Source: an uncultured Pirellulales bacterium
Lineage (GTDB): Bacteria > Planctomycetota > Phycisphaerae > Sedimentisphaerales > Anaerohalosphaeraceae
DNA length: 64,000 bases
Assembly (NCBI GenBank): GCA_964454745.1
Contig: CAYVUI010000002.1
Span: 27,643 to 91,642 of the forward strand
Direction of reading: 5' to 3'
Notes under the pieces: generated by a model
Database searches by the model: none
Seen by the model: the letters and a program-made list of their open reading frames with translations, nothing else
Told to the model about the DNA's origin: nothing
Program-made: the position numbers and the translations under genes
Shown here: piece by piece, positions 16,589-26,725 of the stretch
How positions within the stretch are numbered: the stretch's first letter is position 1
Layout: each line of letters begins with the position of its first letter

Positions 16589-17323
16589 TTGAACGGACAA
16601 GTAATGCAAAATCAGGACCGCTGGCAACCCGGTAAATTTATACTGAGCGATGGAAGGCTTATCCCTTCCAAAGAGATCTCTCCCCTTTCACAAATTACGG
16701 CGACACTGCAATCCCGGGTATACCAGTTTCTGATCGAAATACACGTCTCGGGCCGGATTCTGGACCTCGGCTGCGGTGAAGTGCCGCTTTACGAATTATA
16801 CCGTGACAGGGTGTCGGATATCTGCTGTGTAGACTGGCCTAATTCCCTGCACAAAAATATTCATCTCGACCATGAGTTTGATCTGAACGAACCGATTGGC
16901 CTCGAAGACAATTCTTTCGACACCATTCTCGCTACGGACCTTTTAGAACACATCCGAAAGCCCGCGGACCTGTTCCGGGAAATGGCAAGACTTTTGGCCC
17001 CGCAGGGAAAACTGATTTTGACAACGCCGTTTCTGTACTGGATTCATGAAGAACCTCACGATTTCCACCGCTATACCTCCTTTATGCTGGAAGAACTCTG
17101 CCGACAGAACAATCTCGAAGTGGTATTTCTTGAACCCTACGGCGGCGGCATTCACGTATTGATGGACCAGAAAGCAAAACTGCTGCGGCATAAACCCGGA
17201 TTACTGAAACTGCATAACTGGATATGTCTTAAGCTAATCAAAACGGGATTCGTACAAAAGCAGGCAAAGAAACACCAGAACCTGCTGCCGCTGGGCTACG
17301 GCCTTGTGGCTCAGAAAAAGTAA
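16589..17323 (+). CDS. class I SAM-dependent methyltransferase
   Basis: Motif I ILDLGCGEVP, ILATDLLEHI, LAPQGKLILTTP. Start is either TTG 16589 or ATG 16604. Confidence 0.8.
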   Translation: MNGQVMQNQDRWQPGKFILSDGRLIPSKEISPLSQITATLQSRVYQFLIEIHVSGRILDLGCGEVPLYELYRDRVSDICCVDWPNSLHKNIHLDHEFDLNEPIGLEDNSFDTILATDLLEHIRKPADLFREMARLLAPQGKLILTTPFLYWIHEEPHDFHRYTSFMLEELCRQNNLEVVFLEPYGGGIHVLMDQKAKLLRHKPGLLKLHNWICLKLIKTGFVQKQAKKHQNLLPLGYGLVAQKK

Positions 17324-17337
17324 ATCCGGCTTTCAAC

Positions 17338-18555
17338 TCAAAGTAATCGGCTGTAAAGGCTGATTAGTCTTTCATTTAGCTTGCTGATATCATAATTCTC
17401 ACGGACAAATTGGTGCCCTTTACGCCCCATCTCCGGCCACGTATCCGGATTCATTATCAGATACTCAAGCCGCTCGGTAATTGCATCTGAATCGCCTTCC
17501 GGGACCAAAAAGCCGCTTTGACCATCCAAAACACCATCCGGAATTCCATTGTGCAGTGTGGAAATCACCGGCAGGCCGCAGTACTGGGCCTCCTGGAGGA
17601 CCAGGCCCTGGCCTTCACGATCGCCGTTTGAGGCTGTGACACTGGCAAGAACGAAAAGATCATTCTGATCGTAAAGTTCGACCACCCGGTCTTGCGAAAC
17701 CGGACCGGTAAAAGTTACAAATTCGCTGATCCCCAGCTTTGCCGCGCACTGCTTCAACTCCTCAAGCAGTGGACCCTCGCCGGCGATTGTGTAACGAAAA
17801 TCGCAATTCTTCGCTTTCAGTTTCGCCACCGCTTCGAGGCAATAGCGTATTCCCTTCTTTTCGACCAGCCTGGCAACGGTCAGTATTTTCACTGTCCGAC
17901 CCTGCTTGTACTCTCTTGGTCGATATCGAAAGCGGTCCGGGATCAGTCCTACGGGCAGGATTTCAATTTTATCCCCAGGGCAGCCTAGTTGTTTTGCCTG
18001 CTCGGCAGTAAAAGTTGTGTTTACGGTGAAAATATCCCCCCGTTCAAAAAGCGGCTGATAGAGATGGATGTTTTGCGGATCATTTGTGTTTACGTCATAG
18101 CCGTGGAATGTGCATACCAACTTGGTATTCAGCCCCGCCCCGACTGCCATTGCGCCGGCAACCCCCTGCCGGGCAAAATGACAGTGAACAATCTCCGCTT
18201 CCACGTTTCTTACTAACAGGGCTAACCGTATAATGTCATAATCAAAAGGAATCCTTTTGGTAAAAACATGCCAAAAAAGGCGTGTTTGAAAAACAGGACA
18301 AGTCAATACCCCTTTAAATAGTATTGCAAGCAGGGTAAACCTTTTTTTCCACTTTCCCGACGGCAGCGACGCTGGAGTGCTCAAACAATCATACAATCGA
18401 TATTTTTCTACGGATGGCTGGGCTTGCTGATCACGGCCCCTGTGTGCAGCAAAAATCTTTACCTCGTGCCCTCGATCAATCAGACCGGTAACCTGGTCGA
18501 GCACAAACGTCTGCGAAAGAGAAGGGAACACATCCAGCACAAAAGCGATTTTCAT
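17338..18555 (-). CDS. glycosyltransferase family 4 (GT-B fold)
   Basis: MKIAFVLDVFPSLSQTF..., EGQGLVLQEAQYCGLPVISTLHNGIPDGV (E-x7-E region). Confidence 0.85.
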   Translation of the reverse strand: MKIAFVLDVFPSLSQTFVLDQVTGLIDRGHEVKIFAAHRGRDQQAQPSVEKYRLYDCLSTPASLPSGKWKKRFTLLAILFKGVLTCPVFQTRLFWHVFTKRIPFDYDIIRLALLVRNVEAEIVHCHFARQGVAGAMAVGAGLNTKLVCTFHGYDVNTNDPQNIHLYQPLFERGDIFTVNTTFTAEQAKQLGCPGDKIEILPVGLIPDRFRYRPREYKQGRTVKILTVARLVEKKGIRYCLEAVAKLKAKNCDFRYTIAGEGPLLEELKQCAAKLGISEFVTFTGPVSQDRVVELYDQNDLFVLASVTASNGDREGQGLVLQEAQYCGLPVISTLHNGIPDGVLDGQSGFLVPEGDSDAITERLEYLIMNPDTWPEMGRKGHQFVRENYDISKLNERLISLYSRLL

Positions 18556-19370
18556 TTTTTTCTGCCATCCTTATCGCCTGTTATTAGCCAGTTCAGTATT
18601 TTTTTTGCGGCCTTTAAGGGATGGCGCATCGACCAGCCGAGTTTCTCACAGAACGCGTCTCGATTGGAATAAATAAACCAGCCCAGACGTTTCTCTCCTT
18701 TGCGATGCCAGACCCAAAGGGAGTATTTTTCAAATCCGTGTTTCTTCAGGTCACCCTCCAGGGACTCTTTTGTCTGCTTGTTGCAGTGCATCCCGCTGAC
18801 CTCGGGAATGTGGTCCGTATCCTGCTCAAAATGTCCCGGTTCAAAAATGGGGGTATGCACAATAAAGATCCCGCCGGGCCGAAGTGCCTCGTAGACCCGA
18901 TCATACACCTGCTGCATTTCAGCATCGGGAATATGCTCGACCACATCCAGGGCAAAAACGACATCAAATCGATCCTGAAAATCCATATCCACGGCCTCGA
19001 TCTCGATCAGTTCAATATTTTCCAGGCCCTGGGTCAATTCGCGGGTGATTTCTATCGCATTTGGACTGAAATCGATACCGGTAACCTGCCTGGCGCCCTG
19101 TTGGGCACAAAAATTTACGATCTCACCCCGCCCGCAGCCGATATCCAGCACAGATTTGCCCTTTACGGGAAGATGCCTGAGAAAGGGCACATATCGCTGG
19201 TCGATCTGCCCCTTGCGAAATGAGTCAAAACCTGCGACAGACCGCTTTTCACTCTTGTCAACATCATTGGTGCCCAGGAAATACTCTCGCGTATACTTTT
19301 CCTTCAAATATCCCATAAAAACTCTTTCATCAGAACCGTAATTATAACCCTGATCATAATTCAAAAACAC
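18552..19370 (-). CDS. class I SAM-dependent methyltransferase
   Basis: Motif I VLDIGCGRGE, FALDVVEHI, LRPGGIFIVHTP. GTG start at 19370 (alternative ATG at 19316). ATGA overlap with the GT4 gene. Confidence 0.8.
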   Translation of the reverse strand: MFLNYDQGYNYGSDERVFMGYLKEKYTREYFLGTNDVDKSEKRSVAGFDSFRKGQIDQRYVPFLRHLPVKGKSVLDIGCGRGEIVNFCAQQGARQVTGIDFSPNAIEITRELTQGLENIELIEIEAVDMDFQDRFDVVFALDVVEHIPDAEMQQVYDRVYEALRPGGIFIVHTPIFEPGHFEQDTDHIPEVSGMHCNKQTKESLEGDLKKHGFEKYSLWVWHRKGEKRLGWFIYSNRDAFCEKLGWSMRHPLKAAKKILNWLITGDKDGRKK

Positions 19371-19390
19371 GATTTTTTAAAGATAAACTT

Positions 19391-20905
19391 TCACTTGGGA
19401 ATTGCTCCCAGTTTCTTCACAAAGACACTTAATACTTCCTGGATAATGCCGCGCAATCCAATCCCTGCGAAATGATCGAGAGTCCAGAGAGAAACTACGT
19501 AACATACCAAGCACAGCCCGGCCGTAAGGAAAAATACTAAAATGCTCTCAGATGAATAAAACGCAAGACTTTTTACATACCCTACCGGGATGACCATTCC
19601 AATACCTGCTGCAAAAAAGAATAGCAATACTTGACAAAGATGCATGAACTGGCCTTTTAATACTTTTAATACCGCCAATTGCCCCGGGATCAAATTCAAT
19701 AAGGAACTGAGCAATATTGCCCAACAGACTCCCTCTAGACCATAATTGGGAATCAGTAAAAAGATAAATAAAAATTGTGAAAAAAGCCGCATCATAGAGA
19801 AGATAATGATGATGTACATCTTACCTATCGATTGAAATACAGGCCCTGTCGCTGCATTCACGGAGACAGACAGTCCATAGAAAGCAAGAATCTTAATTGG
19901 AAGTATCGCTGGCTGCCACTGCTCCTTCAAAAACAGGGATACCATATCATTCGCCATGAGGAAAATCAGGCTCGACAATGGAACCGAAATTAACAGAGTT
20001 GTTTTCAGCACTTTGAGGTAAGCATCAAATATCCTCGGTGAGTCGTCCTGAATCATGGAATAGGCCGGAAAGGATACTTTTGAAATCACCTTGGTAATGT
20101 GTGTGAGAGGCATATTGGAAATTTGATACGAAAACCGGTAAATCCCCAGAGAACTGACACCCAGCATTCCCCAAACAACAAGGTCATCCCCCTGCATGAC
20201 AAGAAAACTCAAAATCGTTCCAGCATAGATCCATTTGCCAAAACTGAGCAGGGGAACCATTTTGGACCATCGAAAATCGACCTTGGGCCGGTAGGAGTGA
20301 AGAAAAAAACTGAAAATACACCTGCAGCAATCTGAGGCCAACCTGCCCGAAACCAGGGCCCACACCTCTGCCCGCCAACAGGCGTGAAGAATACTCACTG
20401 TAATCCCAATCAGTGAAGGCAAAGATCCGAGAATAAATTGTTTTTTAAAACGAAGTTCTTTATCAAAAAAAACTGTTCCGATATTGGTAAAACCATGAAA
20501 CAGAATACACAAACCAACCATTCTTATTAATATCACTGTCGTATTAATCTTCTCCGACGGGACTCTCAATCTGGCCAGATAAGGTGCCAATAGGAATAGC
20601 ATCAGAAATAGAAGAATGGATCGCAGAATTTCAAGAGTCCAGCCGCTATTGAGCAAATCATCAATTCTTTGGGATTTTTGAATTAACGCTGCCCGCACAC
20701 CTGTCTGGCTGAATTGCTCAAGAACACCAATCAGTAAAAGCCCTATACCAAAAAGCCCAAAATCCTCCTCGCTTAATAAATTCGCTAAAATAAAATAACG
20801 TAGAAAACTCAATCCAAATACAAATATTTGAAATCCAAAAACCCATGCGGTTCCCTGAATGGATCGAGTCAATAAATCCGGAATTTTCTTAGGATTTTCA
20901 GACAT
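19391..20905 (-). CDS. polysaccharide/O-antigen flippase (MOP/Wzx-like)
   Basis: 504 aa, polytopic (roughly 12-14 hydrophobic helices). Its position in a sugar-modification cluster also supports the call. AT-richer than the window average. Confidence 0.75.
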   Translation of the reverse strand: MSENPKKIPDLLTRSIQGTAWVFGFQIFVFGLSFLRYFILANLLSEEDFGLFGIGLLLIGVLEQFSQTGVRAALIQKSQRIDDLLNSGWTLEILRSILLFLMLFLLAPYLARLRVPSEKINTTVILIRMVGLCILFHGFTNIGTVFFDKELRFKKQFILGSLPSLIGITVSILHACWRAEVWALVSGRLASDCCRCIFSFFLHSYRPKVDFRWSKMVPLLSFGKWIYAGTILSFLVMQGDDLVVWGMLGVSSLGIYRFSYQISNMPLTHITKVISKVSFPAYSMIQDDSPRIFDAYLKVLKTTLLISVPLSSLIFLMANDMVSLFLKEQWQPAILPIKILAFYGLSVSVNAATGPVFQSIGKMYIIIIFSMMRLFSQFLFIFLLIPNYGLEGVCWAILLSSLLNLIPGQLAVLKVLKGQFMHLCQVLLFFFAAGIGMVIPVGYVKSLAFYSSESILVFFLTAGLCLVCYVVSLWTLDHFAGIGLRGIIQEVLSVFVKKLGAIPK

Positions 20906-20911
20906 TTTCTT

Positions 20912-22924
20912 CTACAGTATACTCAGCAAGGTTTTCCCTGCAATAATCTTTTTCCACCATAATGCAAAACTGATAAAACGCCATAAAAGCATCACATCCG
21001 TTTCCAAAAGCTTTTCATAATCCCGTATCACTGAAGTATAATCAACATAAGGATTATCTTTAACATCCTCAAAATGCTTTGCAGCCATTGGCTTACAGGA
21101 CAAAAACCAATCACGGTTATTAAATGGGAATCCCATCTTCTGCCGCCGCCAGACGATCCGCCTGGGCAACAGCGGCTCGATGGATTTTCGAAGAAGATAC
21201 TTGGACCAGCCCCTATCAATCAGATATTCAATAGGAAGCTGATAAGTATAATCAATCAGCCTGTAATCCAGAAATGGGCTTCGCGGCTCTACAGGAACAC
21301 CAAAATGGGAGCGATTTGAATTCCGCTGCCAGTAATTCATCAGCCAGTTGGTCATCATATCAATCAACATTTGCTCAAAATCAGTCGAATAGCCTTGACG
21401 TTCATCGAGTTGGCCAAATTCAGAGATTGACTTCAAATATTTGTGGCACGTATCCTTACCGAAAGGATTGAAAAGCGACACAAAACGATCCTTGGGCCAT
21501 ACCTTTCCCCGGCCCATGAGCAGCCCTGCAAACTGGCGTACTTTGGAAATCAGCCGATAATCATCCCAGCTATTCGATTTTCTGCGTAAAAAAAGATTTT
21601 TCATTACACCCGGAATATCACCCCGCTTTACCAGTGCCCGAAGATAGGCATTGAAACAATGGTCATATCCGCCAAGCAATTCATCGCCGCCGGCACCAAT
21701 CACCATCACTCGGAATCCACGCTCATAAGCGGAATGAAAATAAGCCTGAAAGACATGTGAATTCGCAAAATGGTACGGCTCTTCAAGAAGCGAGACAAAT
21801 TCATCCGCTACCTGCCAGAAATCCCGGTTTTGATGATGATGAATCCGATAATCAATTTTCCCGGGGTACATCTCATATAAGCTGCGAGCAAACGGTTCTT
21901 CATCACCTGCTGGATCATCAATTTTAACGGTATAACTTGTAATGTTCTGACCGAGTTCTCCAACCGCCAAGGCAACAAGCGAACTGGAATCCATACCCCC
22001 GCTCAGTGAAAAGGCGACCTTTGCATCCGCGCGGGCTCGAATTCGTACTGCATCTGTCAGTAGATTATCAAATTCGGCACATGCACTGGAAAATGATATG
22101 TCTTTTTTAGTAAGGCGACTTGTGGGAATGAACCAATAACGCTTTGCAGACTTTTCAAGATTCATCGAACGCGTCTTTTGTCCGGCATCAATTGAAACCT
22201 GGCAAGCGGCCGGCAAAGTTCGAATACTATTCCAGAACGTTGTATTATCCAGATCCCGGAATCCGTATCGCAGGTAGTCATACGCAGCCTGTTTATTAAT
22301 TTCAAATACCCCATCAGGTGTAAGCGAGCGAATGGAACGTATTTCCGATGCCCAGTATAAGGTATTATTCACAAATGCGTAATAGAGCGGATTTTTTCCA
22401 ATCCGATCTCTCGCAAGGATCAGTTTTCCCTTTCTCCCATCATAAAGAGCCAATGCCAGCGGGCCATTGAATTTCTCCAAAAACGTATCCGGCCAAAGCT
22501 CATAAGTAGCCAGTAATACTTCCGTATCGCAGCGCGTGCGAAAAATATAACCCTGCGATTCCAGTTGCTGGCGTAGTTCTACATAATTGTAAATCTCACC
22601 GTTAAATGTCAGTACGACCTTCCTGTCACGGCTCCAAAACGGCTGGTGCCCCGCAGTTGTCAGGTCCACAATCGAAAAACGTCTGAAGCCAAGACCGAGA
22701 TTGTGTTCAAAAGCAGGTTCCTCCATGAGCGTTGGCAACTTAGCCTCAATTTCCGGCTGGGTTTGATCCGAGCTAAAAGCCCTCATCTCCCGGCTGTCTG
22801 TGTGAATCAGCGCAAATCCCTCATCATCAGGCCCGCGATGAGCGATCAATCGGGTCGCCCGCAAAAGCGGCCTCGGATCTCCGCAAAAACTGTCTAAATG
22901 GAAATAACCAACAATACCGCACAT
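20912..22924 (-). CDS. asparagine synthase (glutamine-hydrolysing) family amidotransferase
   Basis: Ntn start MCGIVGYF (start set so that Cys is residue 2). PP-loop SLSGGMDSS. Confidence 0.85.
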   Translation of the reverse strand: MCGIVGYFHLDSFCGDPRPLLRATRLIAHRGPDDEGFALIHTDSREMRAFSSDQTQPEIEAKLPTLMEEPAFEHNLGLGFRRFSIVDLTTAGHQPFWSRDRKVVLTFNGEIYNYVELRQQLESQGYIFRTRCDTEVLLATYELWPDTFLEKFNGPLALALYDGRKGKLILARDRIGKNPLYYAFVNNTLYWASEIRSIRSLTPDGVFEINKQAAYDYLRYGFRDLDNTTFWNSIRTLPAACQVSIDAGQKTRSMNLEKSAKRYWFIPTSRLTKKDISFSSACAEFDNLLTDAVRIRARADAKVAFSLSGGMDSSSLVALAVGELGQNITSYTVKIDDPAGDEEPFARSLYEMYPGKIDYRIHHHQNRDFWQVADEFVSLLEEPYHFANSHVFQAYFHSAYERGFRVMVIGAGGDELLGGYDHCFNAYLRALVKRGDIPGVMKNLFLRRKSNSWDDYRLISKVRQFAGLLMGRGKVWPKDRFVSLFNPFGKDTCHKYLKSISEFGQLDERQGYSTDFEQMLIDMMTNWLMNYWQRNSNRSHFGVPVEPRSPFLDYRLIDYTYQLPIEYLIDRGWSKYLLRKSIEPLLPRRIVWRRQKMGFPFNNRDWFLSCKPMAAKHFEDVKDNPYVDYTSVIRDYEKLLETDVMLLWRFISFALWWKKIIAGKTLLSIL

Positions 22925-22967
22925 AAACAATCAATTCTGATTGAAAGGAATACAATTTTTCATCTTT

Positions 22968-22979
22968 ACCGATATATCG
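22968..22979. repeat. perfect 12-bp palindrome CCGATATATCGG in a divergent promoter region
   Basis: Self-complementary. Lies between the asnB-like gene (-) and the aconitase gene (+). Confidence 0.25.
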
Positions 22980-23159
22980 GATATCTCCTGCATCGGCAAA
23001 TTCACCGCTAACGCTGAACAAAGCGTACCAGAATCGTCCGCTTTTCTCAATTCCGAACCTCTCTTCCGGATAAAATTTGATTTCACGCCCAAAATCCGTA
23101 TGATAGCTCTTTCGGAAAATGGATATCCAGTAGACAAAATTTCAAATTCAGGAAAGAAA

Positions 23160-25124
23160 ATGGCGAAAACCCTAACGTACAAAGTCCTCGAAAAACACCT
23201 CGTAGAAGGCACACTCGAGCCCGGTCAGCCCATCGGCATCCGCATCGACCAGACCCTCACCCAGGACGCGACGGGCACCACGGCCTTTCTGCTCTTTGAA
23301 TCTATGGGCACAGAACGCGTAAAGACAGACGTATCCGTAAGTTACGTCGACCACAACATGTCACAGTTCGGCCCGGAAAACCATAACGACCACCTCTACC
23401 TGCAAACGGTTTCGACCAAAGCGGGGGCTTATCACTCCCGCCCGGGTAACGGCATCTGCCACCAGGTGCACCTCGAACGCTTCGGCAAACCCGGCGCAAC
23501 CCTGCTCGGCAGCGACTCCCACACCCCCACCGGCGGCGGAATCGGTATGATCGCCATCGGGGCAGGCGGAATGGACGTAGCAGTCGCCATGGGCGGCGGG
23601 CCGTTCTACCTGACCGCACCCAAGGTCATCGGCGTGAAACTCACCGGCCGGTTCTCACCCTGGGTCGCCAGCAAGGATATCATCCTGAAACTGCTCAGCA
23701 TCCTGACCACCAAGGGCAATGTCGGCAATATCGTCGAATACTTCGGCCCCGGCGTCAGCAGCCTCTCGGTCCCCCAGCGAGCCACCGTAACCAATATGGG
23801 AGCGGAACTGGGTGTTACCACCAGCGTTTTTCCAAGCGACGAAGCCACAAAGGCATTCCTGATCGCCCAGGAGCGCGGCGACGCCTTTACCCCTCTTGCC
23901 GCGGACGATGGCTGTAAATACGACCGCGTGATTGAAATCGACCTCTCCGCCCTGGAACCCATGGCTGCGTGCCCCAGCTCGCCGGATAATATCAAGGCCG
24001 TTTCCGAACTTAAAGGCACCCCCGTCGGCCAGGTTGTCGTCGGCTCCTGTACCAATTCGAGCTATACAGACCTGATGATGGTCGCCCAGACCCTAAAGAG
24101 CAGAAAAATCCACCCAATGGTCGAATTCGCGATTGCGCCCGGATCGAAACAGGTTCTGGAGATGCTGGCCCAAAACGGCGCCCTGGCGGATATCATCGCC
24201 TCCGGTGCCCGGATTCTTGAATCCTCCTGCGGTCCGTGCATCGGCCAGGGCTTTTCCCCCGCCAATGATGTCGTCAGCGTTCGCACATTCAATCGGAACT
24301 TTGCCGGCAGAACCGGCACCAAAGGCGACACGGCTTATCTTGTAAGCCCGGAAACAGCCGTAGCCTGCGCCCTGACCGGAACCTTCAAGGATCCCCGCAA
24401 ACTCGACCTTGATTACCCCAAAATTGACCTACCATCCCATTTTAACATTGATGACAAAATGATCGAACAGCCCGTGCCGGAAGCGGACGCTAAAAACGTG
24501 ACCGTCCTTCGCGGCCCAACGATTGTCGTCCCGGAATCTCCGTCCGCCCTGCCGGACGTGCTGGAAGGCCAGGTGCTCCTCCGCTGCGGCGATAAGATCA
24601 CCACGGACCATATTATGCCCGCCGGGCCGTTTTTGAAATACCGCTCGAATGTACCTGAATACGCCAAATACGTATTCAACTGCTTTAGCGAAGAAGGTGT
24701 GCCGAGCTTCGCCGACCGGGCCCTTGCCCTGAAAAAGCAGGGAACCGCCGGGATTATCGTTGCCGCTGATTCCTACGGACAGGGTTCCTCCCGTGAACAC
24801 GCCGCCCTGTGCCCGATGTACCTTGGAGTTCGTGCGGTTCTGGCAAAGTCAATCGAGCGGATTCACAAGGCGAACCTCATTAACTTCTGCATCGTGCCCG
24901 TCGAGTTTGAAAACGCGGCTGATTACGACAAGATCGAACCGGAACACACTCTCCGCATGCCCAACCTTCGCGAAGCAATCGAAAAGAGCGACACACTGAC
25001 CATCGAAAATGCAACCACGGGCAGTCAATTTACCGGAAAGCTCACTCTCTCACCGCGCGACCGCGAAATCCTTCTTGCAGACGGCCTGCTCAACTTCACC
25101 CGGCAGAAAGCGGCGAAAAAATGA
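23160..25124 (+). CDS. aconitate hydratase (short, ~650-aa type)
   Basis: AGGAAAG RBS before the ATG at 23160 (MAKTLTYKVLEKHLVEG). Fe-S ligand regions DSHTPTGGG, GSCTNSSY, CGPCIGQG. The upstream part of the 22941 ORF is AT-rich and unlike aconitase. Confidence 0.9.
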   Translation: MAKTLTYKVLEKHLVEGTLEPGQPIGIRIDQTLTQDATGTTAFLLFESMGTERVKTDVSVSYVDHNMSQFGPENHNDHLYLQTVSTKAGAYHSRPGNGICHQVHLERFGKPGATLLGSDSHTPTGGGIGMIAIGAGGMDVAVAMGGGPFYLTAPKVIGVKLTGRFSPWVASKDIILKLLSILTTKGNVGNIVEYFGPGVSSLSVPQRATVTNMGAELGVTTSVFPSDEATKAFLIAQERGDAFTPLAADDGCKYDRVIEIDLSALEPMAACPSSPDNIKAVSELKGTPVGQVVVGSCTNSSYTDLMMVAQTLKSRKIHPMVEFAIAPGSKQVLEMLAQNGALADIIASGARILESSCGPCIGQGFSPANDVVSVRTFNRNFAGRTGTKGDTAYLVSPETAVACALTGTFKDPRKLDLDYPKIDLPSHFNIDDKMIEQPVPEADAKNVTVLRGPTIVVPESPSALPDVLEGQVLLRCGDKITTDHIMPAGPFLKYRSNVPEYAKYVFNCFSEEGVPSFADRALALKKQGTAGIIVAADSYGQGSSREHAALCPMYLGVRAVLAKSIERIHKANLINFCIVPVEFENAADYDKIEPEHTLRMPNLREAIEKSDTLTIENATTGSQFTGKLTLSPRDREILLADGLLNFTRQKAAKK

Positions 25125-25657
25125 GCGATAATCCGATCCGAAATGTCGCTGTATTCGGCACCAGCAAGGCCAAAGAAGGTGACGGCGTTTTTGAACTCGC
25201 CTTTGAGCTTGGTGCACTGTTAGCCCAAAACGGCTATACCCTCGTCAACGGCGGATACGGCGGGATTATGCTTGCCAGTGCAAAAGGAGCACGCGAGCAT
25301 AAAGGGAATGCCATCGGTGTCACCTGCGAGGCCTTCAAACGCAGCGGTGTAAACGAATACATCACCGAGGAGGTTCCCACCCCGAACCTCCAGATGCGGC
25401 TGCGAAAGCTGATCGAACTGGCGGATGCCTACGTTGTCCTGCCCGGGGCAACGGGTACCCTGCTCGAACTGGCCGACATCTGGGAACATAAAAACAAAGG
25501 CTTTGCCCATGCGGACAATCCGATTATAATCATGGAAACGTTCTGGAAGCCCCTGCTGGACCTGATGGCGGGAATCGACGCCAAGGCGGCAAAATGTATA
25601 CAAACCGCTCGTACCGCCGCCGGGGTTATTGAGCTTTTAACTGAACTGGAAACGTAG
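25121..25657 (+). CDS. LOG/TIGR00730-like Rossmann-fold nucleotide-binding protein
   Basis: VNGGYGGIMLASAKGA and LPGATGTLLELADIWE (PGGxGTxxE-type motif). ATGA overlap with the aconitase stop. Confidence 0.75.
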   Translation: MSDNPIRNVAVFGTSKAKEGDGVFELAFELGALLAQNGYTLVNGGYGGIMLASAKGAREHKGNAIGVTCEAFKRSGVNEYITEEVPTPNLQMRLRKLIELADAYVVLPGATGTLLELADIWEHKNKGFAHADNPIIIMETFWKPLLDLMAGIDAKAAKCIQTARTAAGVIELLTELET

Positions 25658-25671
25658 CGGAAAAGATGGTA

Positions 25672-25699
25672 CAAATTGCAAGGTTCACCTTACAATTTG
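25672..25699 (+). terminator. 12-bp hairpin (one mismatch) after the LOG gene; weak terminator candidate
   Basis: CAAATTGCAAGG, TTCA loop, CCTTACAATTTG. The T-run starts only ~14 nt downstream. Confidence 0.3.
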
Positions 25700-25745
25700 C
25701 GCTAAAATATTGCTTTTTTGAGCCTGATCGAATGGAAGCGACCAA

Positions 25746-26717
25746 ATGAACAAAATAATCGATGTCTTTATTATCTTCTTTATTGTTTTCGCTGGATGCC
25801 TTTTTGCCCAGCAGGAACCGCAAGTAAACGATCCCAACACGACCCGGCAGACCGAACCGGAACCCTCGCTGCGGATCAAGCCGACCAAAAGTTTCATCGA
25901 AAACCGGCCACCGGCCAGGCAGGTCAAACGCCCTGCCGCAATTCGAGATGGATTCATCCTTTACGGTGATTACGGCACCATCCAGAAGACCGAACAGGGG
26001 CTGATTTTTCTCAATCAGAATGTCATTGATGATACACGGGTCAAACTCAAGGAACAAACCCCTCTCGAACTGCTGAATTCCTCAACGCTGGCGGCGATGG
26101 AACGTTTTTACGAAATCGAATTTCTCCAAAAGCAATCCACCGAAGATGCTGATCCGGAAAATCTGCCCAAAGCCCCGATTCGTCTCTGGGCTCGAGTCAC
26201 CCGATTCAACGGCAAAAACTACCTGTTCCCGATGCATTTTATCCCCCTCCAGTCAACCGAAATACAACCTGCACAACCCGCCGAACAGACGGACACTGGG
26301 GAAAACACGATTGAAACGGAAGGTGAAACCACAGAGGAGCCTCAAAACGACGAAGATTCCATCCTCCCGCCGGAAGTGCTCGAAAAACTAAAGCCCAAAC
26401 GCGTTGTCAATCTCGCCCTGATGCGGGAATATCTCGAGAAAGAGAACGATGTGCTGCTGGTCCACCGCAGCGGCTTTCTCGAACAGCAGGATGGGAATTG
26501 GATTTTCCGGATTGACGGCTTCGGCACCAAGATCGAGCATCTTACCTTTGACCTGCTGCCCTGCCAGACACTGCAAAATGCCCGGCGAATCATCGAAGCG
26601 GGTCGTTTTCGTCAGCGGTACAATATCTCCGGCATTGTGACCCGGTACAATAACAAGGACTACCTGCTGCTCCAGTTGGCAGAGCGAACGTATACCCATG
26701 GTAATTTTTCTCAGTAG
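25746..26717 (+). CDS. hypothetical lipoprotein with internal duplication
   Basis: MNKIIDVFIIFFIVFAGC lipobox. Two related modules end in VTRFNGKNYLFP and VTRYNNKDYLLL, separated by an acidic linker. Confidence 0.65.
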   Translation: MNKIIDVFIIFFIVFAGCLFAQQEPQVNDPNTTRQTEPEPSLRIKPTKSFIENRPPARQVKRPAAIRDGFILYGDYGTIQKTEQGLIFLNQNVIDDTRVKLKEQTPLELLNSSTLAAMERFYEIEFLQKQSTEDADPENLPKAPIRLWARVTRFNGKNYLFPMHFIPLQSTEIQPAQPAEQTDTGENTIETEGETTEEPQNDEDSILPPEVLEKLKPKRVVNLALMREYLEKENDVLLVHRSGFLEQQDGNWIFRIDGFGTKIEHLTFDLLPCQTLQNARRIIEAGRFRQRYNISGIVTRYNNKDYLLLQLAERTYTHGNFSQ

Positions 26718-26725
26718 GCCATTCA

